From Cyanophora paradoxa CCMP329 (taxonomy: Eukaryota > Plantae > Glaucophyta): a stretch of 64,000 nucleotides of DNA. The notes under the pieces were generated by a model. That model was not told the origin of the DNA. It ran no database searches and saw only the letters and a program-made list of their open reading frames with translations. The position numbers and the translations under genes were made by a program. Shown piece after piece: positions 10,883 through 28,000 of the stretch. The stretch is from positions 248,001 to 312,000 of the forward strand of contig QPMI01000395.1 in assembly GCA_004431415.1 (NCBI GenBank), read 5' to 3'. Within the stretch, counting starts at the first letter, position 1, and the number at the start of each line of letters is the position of its first letter.

Positions 10883-11065
10883 GGGGCGGAGGCGCGGCGG
10901 GCGGCGGCGCGGCTCGGCAGGCGCGCGGGCGGAGGCGCGGCGGGCGGCGGCGCGGCGCCGGCTCGAGCTCGGCAGACGGGCGGAGGCGCGGCGGGCGGTG
11001 GCGCGGCGCCGGCTCGACGGGCGGGGCGGAGGCGCGGCGGGCGGCGGCGCGGCTCGACGGACGGG
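10883..11065. repeat. GC-rich minisatellite (unit about ggggcggaggcgcggcgggcggcggcgcggctcg)
   Basis: Tandem degenerate units of the same family as 15940-16535. Confidence 0.75.
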
Positions 11066-11269
11066 GCCGAGCCTTGGAGGCGCGGCGGGTGGTGCACGTG
11101 GAGCGGCACTGTGCACGTGGACGGGCGGGGGCAGCGGTGGGAGGCGCGCGGCCCGAGCGACGCCGCCGCCGCCATGCTCGCCCCGAGCGCCCGTGCGGGC
11201 CCCGCCCCCGCCCCTCCCACCGCCCCCAAGTCCCACCGGGGCGGGCGCGGGGCGGGGCCAGGGCGGCGC

Positions 11270-11852
11270 TGGTGCTGGCCCCCCCTGGAACCCGGCGGCC
11301 CCGCTGCAGCTCCTCCCCGCGCTGGCCCCGGCGGCGGAGGCGGCGCTGGCGCCCCAGGGGCGCGCCGGCGAGGAGGTCACGCTGGCGGGGCGGGGGCGGG
11401 GGCGATGCGGGGCCGCGTGGTGCGGCACGCGCACGGGCGGGTCCTCCTGGAGACCTTCGCCGCCGACCGCCAGCAGGCCCTCGACAGCTCCTTCCGCCGT
11501 GCCCGCCCCGCCCCGCCCCGCCCCGCCCGAGGCCCCCGCCCGAGGCCCCCGCCGAGCCCCGCGCCGCGCAGTGGTCCCGGGGCTCGCCTGCCCCGCCGGC
11601 TCCCCAGCCGCTGCCCCCTGCGTCTCGCTGTACGCCCCCTCGGCCGGCGGCTTCCTGGCGGCGGCGGCGGAGGGCGCGGGGCCCGTCTCCGCGCGCCGCG
11701 GGGCCCTCGCGGTGATCGCGCTGCGCGTGGAGCGGCCGCTCGCCGCCTGGGGCGCCGGGCCCGCCAACGTCTCCTGCGCCGCCGGGCCCACCGAGCGCGC
11801 CGCCTGCGCCCGCGCCACTTTCTTCCTCGAGCCCCAGGGGGCCCCCCCCTGA
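11270..11852 (+). pseudogene. Orphan fragment resembling an AbfB/CBM42-like beta-trefoil domain (GH127-type C-terminus)
   Basis: GRVVRHAHGRVLLETFAADRQQALDSSF..VVPGLACPAG..CVSLYAPSAGGFL..ATFFLEP* resembles AbfB repeats (xLRH...DATF.VVPGLA...VSFES). Frame changes, and no 5' exons. Confidence 0.45.
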
Positions 11853-12473
11853 CCCCGCTTCGGGCCCCCCGCAGCACGAACGCAGAAGCTGCACAGGCTC
11901 GAAAACCCTTTTGCTCGGATAGGTCCGGCCAGGTAGGTATACGTCGGGGGTGGTCCCCCTCCCAACACGCCGCTGTCTCCAGCGGCTCGGCCGGATCGTA
12001 GATCTAGAGCTGCATCATAGGCTAAAACTTGAAAGAAAACTGAACAAATGAAGATCCAGAGTAGACTACGAGGCTCTCAGATGCCATGCCACATCCGATG
12101 ATCCTGATCTAGAAGCCGCTGAGCTTGGTAATGCCTCAGTGCTTCCGAGTTGAGCCTTGAAAAGGCCCCCCAAACCGTTGAACTGGACACAGGATCGGAT
12201 AATGCTTCAATGCTTAAATGCTTTAAAAGTGCGGGGGGAGCTCGGAGCGCTAGCCGCTGAGCGCTAGCTCTCGTCGGAGTCGGTGCTCGTGCATGCTCGC
12301 GATCGGCTCCCAACGCGACCCAGCGCCAGCCCACGCGCACCCCTTGCAAATTGCTTTTGAACCTTTGAATTTACATGCGGACTTCGACCCATCTAGATTT
12401 GTCCCAGTGTTTGCAACAACTTTGCTATTTACAGCCCGGATCCCGGATGGCCCCGCCCCGGCCCGGCGCGTTC

Positions 12474-13335
12474 TCACTCCGGATCCGCACCGCCGCCTGC
12501 GCTGCTGGCCATGGTGTACCCGGACTCGATGTCCTCGTCCTCGGAGTCGACGTCCGCGTTGCCGGGGCTCGGGGGCGGGGGGCGGTGCCAGACCACGCGC
12601 GCCCCGCGCGCCTTGAGCTCCCGCAGCAGGCGCGGCCCCGACGCCTCCGCATCGCCCCCGCCCGCCAGGAACCTGCCGCCGCGCTCAGGTCGGGCGGAAC
12701 CTCGGTGGCGGGAGGAGGAAGCGCGGGGGCGCACTCTTCGAGCTGCTCGCCGCGCAGGCGCACACGTGCACGCCGCGTCAGTTGGAGTCACCGAGTCTGT
12801 GGAGTTGGGGGCGGGGCAGGCGGCACCTCGGGGCAGTCGTGGACGCGGAGGTGCTCAAGGGCGGGAAGGCCGGCGCGCGAGGAGGCCGGCGAGGCCCGGG
12901 GCCTCCTCCGCGCCGAAGCGGCACATGTCGAGGGAGAGGCAGCGCAGGGCGGGGATCGGGCCCGAGGCGCCGAGGGCCCCCAGCATGCGCAACGTGCACG
13001 CCCAGTCCAAATATTTCAACGACGGATGTGCGTTTACAGGGATATCGATGCACCGCGCGCCGCTCAGCGACAGCTGTGCATGCCTTTAGGCTGGTTTGAA
13101 TGCCCCCAGGGCGCGGGGGGGGTTGGGGGTTGGGGAGGGGGGGGGGTGGGTTGGGGGGGAGGGAGGGGGGGGGGGGGGGGGCAGAGGCCTAGGACGCCTC
13201 CGCGGCTCGGGGGATACGCGGGAGGGGCGCACGCTTTGCAGGGCGGCGGCGGCGGGAGAGGCGAGGAGGGCGGCCCAGCAGTCGAGGCGCACTGTTGAGG
13301 GGCCCCCGAGCTCGAGGATGCTCCAGAGAGGGTCC
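12474..13335 (-). pseudogene. Degraded leucine-rich-repeat (F-box/LRR-like) gene fragment
   Basis: Frameshifted pieces PSLEH/LELGG..LDCWAALLAS, PALRCLSLDMCRFG and PALEHLRVHDCPE, ending in acidic DSEDEDIE...ADPE*. Confidence 0.4.
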
Positions 13336-14865
13336 TACGAGTGAAGTTCAAAACACCGGTCGGGCCCAAAAACACTTCGGATCACCCTGTATCTTGGTGC
13401 AGTGATAAAACTACATGTAATAATGATTCTGGCTCAAAGAGCGCCTGCTGGGGCCAGCCAGTCGCCCAGGAACTCACTGGCTCACTGCAACTCATGAGCA
13501 ATCTCTGCTGGGGAAGCGCGCGCCAGGGCCGCGCTGCAGCCGCGCAAGCTCTATTCATGCGCTTACCGAATCGCGCTATGGCGGCCCTGCGAGCCCTCGC
13601 GGTGCTAAGCCTTTGAAGCGAGATCAAATTGCCCAGGTGCATACACGGCAGGAGCAGGCGACGATCGAGGCGGGCGCGCGCCAGAGCCACGGTGCATCCA
13701 CGCAAGCTCTATCAAAGCTAACATCGATTCGCGCTCCCGGCGGCCCGTCGCGCCCTCGCAGTTCGCAGCGGAATCGAATCGCCCAGGTGCCCCCGCTGGA
13801 GGAGGTGCCGCTGGCGGCGGGGGTGCATGCCGCTGCCCTCACGCGCGCTCGGCGCGAGATCTAGATGTGTCTCGTGGCCCTGGACATCTCAACCCGCACC
13901 GCCCCGCCGTTGCAGCCATGCCGCATGACATGCTTGATTGCACAAGAGAGCGCATCTGCCTGGGGCGCGGCGGGCCACGAAGCGGGGGTTTGGCGGGACG
14001 TCAGCGATGCAAGCAAGCGATGCGCGACCTCGGAGGCGGCGAAAGATGCCATGGCGACTCGAGGCCTGCGAGAGGCGGGGCTGGATCCAGTTAGGCCGGG
14101 GCGCGCGAGCGCGGCGGCGCGGGGCCTCGACACGCAGCGTTACGAGATGTTCATGTTATACATGAGTCTTCCGCATGGCCGCTGCGCTCCTGCGCTGCGG
14201 CGTGGCTGCGCTCGGATCAAGTCTCGCGAGAAGGACCTGCGCGTGCAGCTTAGAGTGCACGAATAGGCCTTACACGTTAGCTATGAGCACCTCTGCATGC
14301 CAGCGGGCCCGTTCACTGCCGCCGTCCGCTGCTGCAAGTTGTTAGGGAGAGCCTTCGGGGCGCTCGTTTGGGAAATCCCTCTCTACCGATCTTCCCATCT
14401 TGCGCCTATGGAGTCCATGTGATGCCCAAAGCTTATACTGCGAGTATGAAGCAAACGGTAGAGAGGGATTTCACGCACCAGCGACCGCTAACAAACTGGA
14501 TCTCGACAACGCGGTTCGTAAGGCGGCCCGTTCTTGAGCTCAAACGAAGCGCTATGATACAGAAGACATGTAGGCGCTATGAAAAGGGGCGCTTACGAAC
14601 CTACTTTTCACGCACCGAGGACCGGAAGTTCGGCGCTCCGTGCTCCGGGCTCTGGAGCTCGCTGTCGGGCGCCCAACGTACTCTCATACGCTTTAGCGAC
14701 CTTCATTGCTTGCTGGCTGATGCCGCCCGGCCGCCGTTGGCTGCGTCGGGCTGTCGCTCCTTCCTCGGGTACGGTCGTATTTGGGTCCCACCTCGAGGCG
14801 GGCTAGTTGCAACGAAAATAATATTCGATTTCCTTGTTTCAATTAACACAGGCCCCTCACGGCAC

Positions 14866-16706
14866 GCATGCGCAAGGCTTATTTTCTGGAACCATTTTCG
14901 ATCTATAGCTAGATCTGTAGCTGGCCCGCGGCCCGGCGCGGCCCAATATTAATATTAATGGGAACTGTAGCTGCATGCGCAGATGCTGTCTTAAGGCTTA
15001 AGGTTTGTTCATTGAGAGCCCACCTTATAATTACATTTCCTGAGACGCGTACGAAGAGGGAGCGGGGGCGAGTCGAAGACCTAGTATACCGAGCCGAGGG
15101 GTCGCGCGCGAAGCGCGCGACCCCGAGGGGAGGTAATAATTAGAACGGCATATGCATCGATATCGATATCGATATCGACGTCGATCTTCGCGATCGAATT
15201 CGAATTCGCGATCGCCGAGCTCGAGCTCGAGTCGGGTCACGGGCCGGGAGCCGCTAGCGCTGAGCCTCGAGCTCGGAGCTCGGACCGGATAGTACTTCTA
15301 GTACTTCACTCGCCCCCACTTCTAGTACTTCACGGAGCTCGCGATCGCGAGCTCCACTAGTACTTCGTTCGCCCCCACTTGCCATCGGCAAGAGGGCACT
15401 TGTACCCATATGCATATGCATGGCCGGCTGCTGGCCGGGCCGCGGCCGCAAGTCGAGCTCGCGTCGCCTCACGAGCGGCCGCCCCCGCGCGTCCGGAGAG
15501 GGCCGCTAGCGCTGCGATCTCCCGCTGCAATCAATCTCGCAAGTTAGAGTCGCAACCGCCGGGCCGGCCGCGACCGTCGCAACGGCCCGAACCGGCCGCA
15601 ACCGTCGCAGCGCAGCTCCCACTATATCTACTAGGCTAGCTCCTATTCTGGCGCGGGGCGCCGTCGCGCGCTCCGCGGCATCACATGGCCATGGCCGCGC
15701 GCCGCGCAATCGATACCGCAGCGACGGGCGATGGGCGGTCACAACTGCAAACGGTGCGCGTGCAGAAGACCAGGAGGCGCTGCGAGGCGGCCCGCCTGTG
15801 GCCCGCCTGTGGCTCGCCGGACGCTGCGCGGCTCGCTTGATGGGGCGGGGGCGCGCAGCGGGCAGCCGCGTGACTCGCCGGGCGGGGCAGAGCGCTGTGG
15901 GCCGCAGGCGGCTCGCCGAAGGGCGGGGCGCGGGCAACAATCGGTGCGGAGGCGCGGCGGGCGACGGCACGGCTTGCGGGAGGGGGCGGAGGCGCGGCGG
16001 GCGGCGGCATGGCTCTCTGCAGCTGGGCGGGGCGCAAGCGCGGCGGGCGGCGGCGTGGCTCTCTGGGCGGGGCGCAAGCGCGGCGGCCGCAGGCGGCGGC
16101 GCGGCTCGCCGGCGGGGCGGCGGCGCGGCGGGCGGCGGCGCGGCACGCCGCGGCCGGGCGGGGCGGAGGCGCGGCGGGCGGCGTCGGGGCTCGCCGGGCG
16201 GGGCGCAAGCGCGGCGAGCGACGGCGCGGCTCGCCGGCGGGGGCGGAGGCGGGGCTCGTCGGGCGGGCCGGAGGCGCGGCGGGCGGCGTCGGGGCTCGTC
16301 GGGCGGGGCGGAGGCGCGGCGAGCGACGGCGCGTCTCGCCGGCGGGGCGGAGGCGCAGCGGGCGGCGGCGCGGCTCGCCGGGCGGGGCGGAGGCGCCGCG
16401 GGCGGCGGCGCGGCTCGCCGGCGGGGCGGAGGCGCAGCGGGCGGCGGCGCGGCTCGCGGGACGGGGCGGAGGCGCGGCGGGCGGCGGCGCGGCTCGACGG
16501 GCGGGGCGGAGGCGCTGTGGGCGGCGGCGCGGCGCGCAAGGCTTATTTTCTGGTATATGTACCATTTTCGATCTAGATCTGTAGCTGGCCCGCGGCCCAG
16601 TGGGAACTGTAGCTGCAGATGCTGTCTTAAGCTTTGTTCATTTAGACCCCACCTTGCATTTCCTGAGACGAGCAGGGGGCGGGGGCGAGTCGAAGACCTA
16701 GTATAT
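14866..16706. repeat. Composite repeat: ~200-bp direct repeats (14866-15090 and 16533-16706) flanking palindrome-rich DNA and a GC minisatellite
   Basis: gcgcaaggcttattttctgg...gggggcgagtcgaagacctagtata is present twice. The internal gatatcgacgtcgatc block also occurs at 10855-10880. Confidence 0.7.
15940..16535. repeat. GC-rich minisatellite array
   Basis: Many tandem degenerate copies of ggcggggcggaggcgcggcgggcggcggcgcggctcgc. Confidence 0.85.
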
Positions 16707-16795
16707 ATAGCTAGCTTGCAGCCAAAAAAGTTGCAGGCTGCTTGGAGCCTTGGAGCCTTGGCCCTTGGTCCTGGCTTGAGCCCTTGAAACTTCAA

Positions 16796-17256
16796 CTTTG
16801 ACTGTCCTTTTGCCTGCTCTTGATCCGCCTGCTCCGCCTCCTGTGTCCTCCTCGACCTTGTGCCGTAGCTCTGCCCTTTCGCGTCGTCCTGCTTCGCCTC
16901 CGCCTCCGCGTCGTCTTGTTGTTCCTCTTACTTGTCTGCTTCCTGTTATTTATCTTTCTCAAATTTGTCCTCCGCTTCTTAGTGATGTAATTCCTTCCGA
17001 TATTGATGGTATCTCTAGCTCTGGCTCTTCTTCGTGTCAGTCATCCTCTGTCCCTAGATCTGTTCGATTTCTCGTCTCTTCTCGATCTGTCTCGAGCTCC
17101 GTGTCTTTTCTTTTTTATTGTCGATTTTGGCTCTTTGTCTTCTCTTTCTTCGTGCTCTTGTCTTAGTTATTTTGCTTTTTTGTCTTTATGCCCCCTGGGC
17201 AGCCCCCGCAGTGCTGGTGTCTAGAGACTGTGGCCGGTAATTCACCAAAAAAAAAA
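16796..17256 (+). mobile_element. 5'-truncated copy of the L1/Tx1-type LINE
   Basis: Near-identical to 52135-52601 and ends in poly(A). tcaactt flanks both ends (16792-16798, 17257-17263), consistent with a TSD. Confidence 0.92.
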
Positions 17257-18041
17257 TCAACTTCGCGCGGATTATCAGAAATTGGGCCGGAAATTGGCCC
17301 CGAAATTAGGGCGCCGGCCCAATTGCAAATCCGGAATCCGAATCCGGGCCGCGGCCGCCGGCCGGGCCCCGCGGCCGGGCCCCGCCGCGGCGCCGGCGCC
17401 GGGTACAGTTCTTCCTAAGGCTTTTGTTGATGTTCTGTCGGAGACGGTCGGACCCTAGGCCTAGCCTAGTAGGCGAGATCCAGGACTGTACACAGTGTAC
17501 ACTGTACAGTATATATTAATATATTCGTGAACTCAGCCGCCAGAGTGCAGTCGCGTGGGATTCGGGGTACATCGGTTCTGGCCCAGTGGGAATTAGCTAG
17601 CTATATACTAGTACTATACTATGATAGCTAGCTCTTGATCATGGTTTAAATTTGAACTAATTGACCGACTCGGCGATCTGATCATGATATTATCATATTA
17701 TGCCGCTTTCTGCTCGGTGCTCTTTCTGCGCGGTGCTCGAGCTCTGCCCGCCCTAGGCCTCGCTCCCCGCGTCGTCCCACTGCGTCAGCAAATAATCGGC
17801 CCGGCGGGCATCGCCCCCGCCTCCGCCTCCGCCTCCCCCTCAGGGCCCTTCCCCAGCCGGCCCAGCCCCAGCCCCTTCCCTCGATGATCTACTTGGTTCT
17901 AGCGCCCCGCGCCCCGCGCCCCGCGCCCCGCGCCCCCATCGCATGGCAGCACGCTGGACTCGATACCGTAGTACCGATGTTCTCTACTCGGTTCAGCGCT
18001 GTAACTAGCGGCCGGGCGGGCGGGCGGGCCCTGGGTGCGCC

Positions 18042-22402
<4,361 letters not shown>

Positions 22403-22485
22403 CGTGGCCTGTCTTCGGCTTGGAGCCGCGAACGTAGTGTACCCGGGAAGTCGGCGAGTCACGAGTGCCGCTGGTCCAGCGACCG

Positions 22486-23201
22486 ATGCAGCCGCCGGCG
22501 GCCGGACCGGACGACCCCGTGCCAAGAACTCCGCAGCCTCCGCTCAAGCGCACGTTCCAGGAGGTGCGCCGTGCCGATTCCCGGCGCATACCCGCCCAAC
22601 GCATGCCTGACGCGGCGCAGTGCGGCGCAGAGCTCGAGGAGTATGCAGAGGTGCCAGAGACGCCGTTCCAGACGCGCCGCGCCTCACTCTCGATCGCAGT
22701 GCGTCGTCGCAAACGCGGACAGCTGGGACTCGGCCTGCGCGCGAGAGAAGCGCGCGACGATGCGATGCGCGGAACAGTTGTGAGTGCTCTGTTGCGCGCT
22801 CTCCGCCGCCGCTGACCGCCCCGCAGCCTCTCAGGCGTCGGGCGGCTTCGCGCCGAGTGTGCCGCGCAGACGGCGCTGTACGAGCAGTGCCTGAAGCAGA
22901 ACGGAATGCAGCCGACGAAATGCGAGGCGTCTTTCGCGGCTCTCTGGAACTGCGCCCGCGTGATCCTCCGCGCACCGCCCGCCGGCGCCGGGGACGGGGA
23001 CGGCCCCGCGCCCGTCCACCCGTCCTCCGGCCCCTTCCGACCGACCCCCGCCCTCGCCGCTCCCCACGCCGACGCCCACGCCGGTCCGTCCGCGCGGCGC
23101 CCTTCGCCTCTTCTTTCGGACTGTGCCGCTGAGCCTTCGCGTGTCCGGCAGGCGCGAGCCGCGACCACAGTTCCGAACGCGGGGCCGCCGCGTCACCTTA
23201 G
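22486..23201 (+). CDS. Four-CX9C (CHCH) mitochondrial intermembrane-space protein, CHCHD5/Mix14-like
   Basis: Spliced exons give CGAELEEYAEC, CAREKRATMRC, CAAQTALYEQC and CEASFAALWNC. The 3' end is inferred through one further intron. Confidence 0.75.
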
Positions 23202-24072
23202 ATTCCCATTAAGAGATAACGACATCCCACTGCGCATCTCGTTCCCACCGATCGGCAGAGGGCAGAGGGTACGCCCCGCCGCGCGTACCCCCCCCGCCCC
23301 CCCCCCCCCCCGCCCCCCCCGCCCCCCCCCCCCCCCCTTCCCTTCTGCTAAGCTCGCCCGTTCAACTAGGCTACGGTGGGCCTGCGCCCCGCGGGCCCGC
23401 GGGACCCCGGCCCGCCGCGCCCGCGGCTCGGATCGGAGGCCCCGAGCTCGCTACCGGGCTATCCCAGCAGCCTGTTGGCCATGGAGGCTTGGAGCAATGG
23501 GGGGGGGGGGGGGGGGGGGGGCAGCTTGGCCCACGTGCACCGTGCAGCCCGGTGGAGGCGCGGCGGGCCGCGGGCAGCGGCGCGGCGGGCGGCGCAGCGG
23601 CAGCACGGCTCGGCGGGTGGAGCGCCGGTGCACGTGGAGACGCGGCAGGGCAGCCGAAAGGAGGCGGAGGCGCCGCGGGGACCGCGGCCGCCGCTAGGGG
23701 CTGCGCTGGGCTCGCCCTTAGGCCGGCGCCTGAGCTCGAGCTGGCCTGATATAAAACCATTCACGTGTTCAGCTTTCGAGTTTACCCTTCGAATTCTTTC
23801 ACCAGTACTTGCGCTTCCGCGGCCCGGCCGAGCCGCTGGAAGCAGCGGCGCGTACGCGTGGGGAAGGGGGACCGAACCTACAGCTATCCGAGTCAGTGTG
23901 TGTTTTCTTTCAATTGTGCTTCGAAAACGTCGTGAGTCATGGCTGGTTCGCTGTGTAACTGCACTTCTTGCAATTGTATGAGCTACTTGCATACAGAGGG
24001 GCGGGGGCAGAAGGTCCAAGGAGAGAAGAAAGCGAGTACGCGCGCGCCGAGCTCGCGGATCGAGTCTCGAGC

Positions 24073-27000
24073 TTAGCGGAGGAAATAGCGGTACGCGGGG
24101 TTCTCGGTTTCGTCGAAATAGCGGTACCCGATCGAGTCCAGGAAGTTGTGGAACCGTTCTGCGGTTCGAATACGGTCGGGGCCCCTTCAAAGGAGAAGCG
24201 AGGGGCGAGGAGAAGACGAAGAATTGCGTACCCATCTGGTGCTCGGGGACCTGGATGCCGCAGAGTACCCGTCCGACGTCGGCGCCGTGGTTCCGGTAGT
24301 GGAACATCGAAATGTTGAAAACTGGGGAGGGGAGGGGAGTCGGCGGGGGTACGCGCATTGCAAAATTAAATGAGGGGGGGGGGGGGTAACCGTACCGGGG
24401 GGTAGCTCGTTGAGGAAACGAAGGAGGGCGCCCGGGCGCTCGGGGAACTCGAACCGGAACACGATCTCCTTCTGGGGGTACCGGGCTCGAAGCGCGGCGG
24501 GGAGGGGGGCGTACACGAGGCGGCAGCGGGGGGTGGGGGGGGTACGCAAACGAGCGCACGGGGAAGAGGGACTGCTCGGCGGTGGGCACGGCGCGACCGC
24601 CGACCTGAGGGGGGGGGGGGGGGGGGAGGGAGCGGGGTCAGACAGATTCGATCCGAGCGAGGCGCAGATCAGATTCGATCCGGATTCGATCCGGGCGGCT
24701 TCGGCGGACCATGTGGCGGACGTGGAGCTTGGCCATCTCGTTGTCGGTGAGGTCCAGCGCGTCAAGCCCGGCCTGCCGCAGCCGGCGCCGTCGGACGGGG
24801 GGGGGGGGGGGGGGGGGGGAGGGGCGCACGGCCTGGAGGTCGGCGAGGGTGGCGTCCACCTCCGTCCGGTCCTTGATCTGCGAACGAAGCGGGGCGGGGC
24901 GCCCTCCTCAGCGCGGGGGCGGGGCGCGGGGGGGGGGGGGGGGGGGGCATAGGGGAGGTAGGCGGGCTAGGCCCGCTCGAGGGCCTAGCATGCACTGGAT
25001 CGAGGGCACTGGATCTAGCATGCACTAGAGGGCACCGGGCGGGAAGGCCAAGGCTAGGCTCGAGGGCCTAGCCCGCCAGGCCGTTCAATAGAGCCTCCCT
25101 TGCTCTAGACCTACAGCGCTCCAAGACGGGAGTACGGACCTGGATCCCAACGAACACGTTCGCCCGATCCGCCGACGAGTACCTGGGCGGGGGGGGGGGG
25201 TAGGAGGTCAGAGGGGGGGAGGGGGTTGGCGGGGGGGTACGGGGGTACCGGTAGTTGAACTCGGTGATGTTGCGGGTGCCGAGGACGCCGCAGAACTCCT
25301 TAAAGGCCCCAGGCCGCTCCGGGATCGTCACCGCCAGCCTGAGGGGCGAGGAGGAGGAGGAGGAGTGGGTACAGGGGAGGAGGGAAAGGAGTGTAGGGAC
25401 GGCGTTCGCGCACACTGCCTCGCGCTTCTCGCCGAGCTCAGAGCGCTCCGAGACGTAGCGGAGCACGTCGAAGTTCATGTTCGCGCCCTGGGAGGGGTAC
25501 GAAGGTCAGGGAGGAGTACGTCAGGCCGCAGAGGTGAGGGCCGGGGGCCGCGTCGTCGCACCGACGTCACGGCAACGAGCAGCTCGTTCTTGCAGCCCTG
25601 CGCACGAAGGTCGGGATGGGGGGGGGGAGGGGAGGGGGGTACGGCGCACGGTCAGCTTGGCGTACTTCTTGGCGCCGGCGACGCCGAGGGAGCCCGCCGG
25701 CTCCAGGATCGACCGCGTGTCCGCGAACACGTCCTGGGGGTACGCGGAGGATCCGATCAGGCCAGGAGGGGCCCTCCCGGCAGCGTACCCCGCCGGCCGC
25801 CCCTCCCGCCGCCCCTCGCCCGCCCGCCCGCCCGGCCCCCCCTCTCGGCGGGGGACGAGCCGGCCCCTCCGCCCCTCCCGCCCCGCCCCGGGCCCGGCGG
25901 ACCTTAATGGCGGCGCACATCTCGTCGGTGTCCACCAGCACGATCTCGTCCACCAGCGGCTGCCGGGGGGGTCAAAGGGAGGAGGGGAGAGGGGTACAGA
26001 TCCCTCCGATCTCCTCCCCCTGGCCCGGGTACCTTGGAGACGTTGAACGTGTGCTCCCCGCACAGCTTCACCGCAACGCCGTCGGCGAACAGGCCCACCT
26101 GAAGAGGGGCGGGGGGTAGAGGGTTAGAGGGGGGAGGGGGGGAGTGGGGTGGGGGGGTAGGGGAGGGGAGGACCTGGTCCAGGAGGACGCGCTCCCCTGC
26201 CGCCAGGCTCGCCTGCGCGGGGGGTACGCGTGAGAAGGGGGGAAGGAGGAAGGGGGGGGGGGGTGATCGCTGCTCGCCTGCATGCAGTTCGAGTCGGTGG
26301 GCTCCACCCCGATCACCTTGACCTAAAAATAAAAGCCTCAGAAAGAAAGAAGAAAGAAAGAATATGGGAGAGGAGGAAGCTTAAGGGGGTTACCTGGGGG
26401 TGGACGGCCTTCACGTAGGCTGCGATGCCGGCGACGAGGCCGCCGCCGCCCACCGGCACGAAGATCGCGTGCGGCGCCTCGTTCGAGCTCTGCGGGCCGG
26501 ATCGGGTCAGATCAGATCTGAGGGCCCAGCGTGGGACCGGCCCAGGTGGATGGCTCGGCCTCGGTTCAGGCCTCGGATCAGATCGAAGGGCTCGACCCTA
26601 GCCATAGGGCGGATGAAACAGAGAACGGATGGCATCGATCTCAAGCTAGCAGCGCATCGCTAGGCCAGGCCGATCCGCCCCGCCTATTCCCCTCGGGCCC
26701 TCCCTCCTCCCTCCCTCGACCCCGCCCGCCCCCCGCGGACCTGCCGGAGGATCTCCATGCCGACGGTGCCCTGCCCCGCGATCGTGTCGGGGTCGTCGAA
26801 CGGGTGCACGAACGTCAGGCCCTCGTCCTTCTGCAGCTGCGCCGCGTACGCTGCGCCCGAGCGAGCGAGCGTGAGGGCGGCTCGAGCGGAGCGGAGCGGA
26901 CGTGCAGCATAGGAGGCGCACCGGCGGCGCCGTCGTAGCTTTCGCCGGAGAGCACCACGCGGCCGCCCAGGCGCTTCACAGCGGCGACCTGCACGCGGCG

Positions 27001-28000
27001 GCGGACGGCGACCGACGGTCAGCGGCGGAGCGGAGCGGGGCCGAGGAATGGCTCGCGAGCCTTGATCTCGGGGGTTGTCTGGGGCATCACGATCGTCGCC
27101 TGGCAGCCGAGCGTCTTCGCTGCGAGCGCCACGCCTGCGCGCACGGAGGAGCGTGAGGCGGGAGGAGAGCGCGGCGCGGCGCGGTTCGAGGGAGGCGCAC
27201 CCTGCGCGTGGTTGCCGGCGGAGCACGCGACGATGCTGAGAAAAGAAAAGAAGAGAGGAACGAGCGTCAGGACGCGTGGTGACGGGCGGCGCGTGCGCGG
27301 GGCCGCACCCGACGGCGCGCTCGACCTCCGTGAGGTTCGCCATCTTGTTGAAGGCGCCGCGGAGCTTGAAAGAGAAGACCTGCTGCATGTCTTCGCGCTT
27401 CAGCATGATCCGGTTGCCGGAGCGGGCGGAGAGCGTCGGCGCCAGCTCGAGCGGGCTCTCGATCGCCACATCGTAGACCTTGGCGCGAAGGATGCGCAGC
27501 AGGTAGTCCTCCAGCATCTTCTTCGTCTCCTCGCTTTGGGCGCCCTCCGGCTCGTACCACGGGTTGATGCCGGGCCGGGCCGCCGAAGGGGTGGCGGCGG
27601 CGACGCCGTTCGGCGAGGACGCGAGGTCCGTGAGCGGAGCGCGGAGGTCGTTGGAGAGCCCGTCTTGCGAGCATGACGCGGCATGCCGCTGGCTGGGCCC
27701 GTCCGCCCGCGTCTTCGGCCGCTGCTGCGTCCGCTGAAGGCTCGCGCCGAGCCACGAGGAGCGCTGGGAGGCGCCGACGGACACTCCACTCTGTCCCGCG
27801 CCCCGGAAGACTGACTGTGTCACGTCGGGGCTGTAGCTGAAGCGGCTCGCCGGGCGCGCGGAGGCACACGCGCCGGCGCGAGCCTCACGCGACGGAGCCA
27901 CATTGAGGAAGATCCCCTCAGGCGCCGCATGTGGGAGCACGGCGTGAGCCGCCCCGCGGAGCTGCAAGGGGGCCCCGAGTGCGAAGGCTGCGGTCGCCAT
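24073..28000 (-). CDS. ilvA: Threonine dehydratase (biosynthetic) with N-terminal organellar, probably plastid, transit peptide
   Basis: KVYDVAIESPL, LKREDMQQVFSFKLRGAFNKM (PLP lysine), SAGNHAQG, VHPFDDPDTIAGQGTVGMEI, VPVGGGGL, ITEFNYRY, FEFPERPGAL, ISMFHYRNHG, C-terminus DETENPAYRYFLR*. Confidence 0.96.

Noticed and set aside
13430-14270. Second degenerate LRR-like stretch on the + strand (RNRIAQVP, CLVALDIS)
   Set aside because: Only scattered short motifs, interrupted by stops.
10517-16795. Long overlapping Arg/Ala/Gly/Pro-rich ORFs (e.g. 483, 429 and 406 aa)
   Set aside because: They stay open in several frames because of extreme GC content and the minisatellite, and show no protein motifs apart from the fragments listed.
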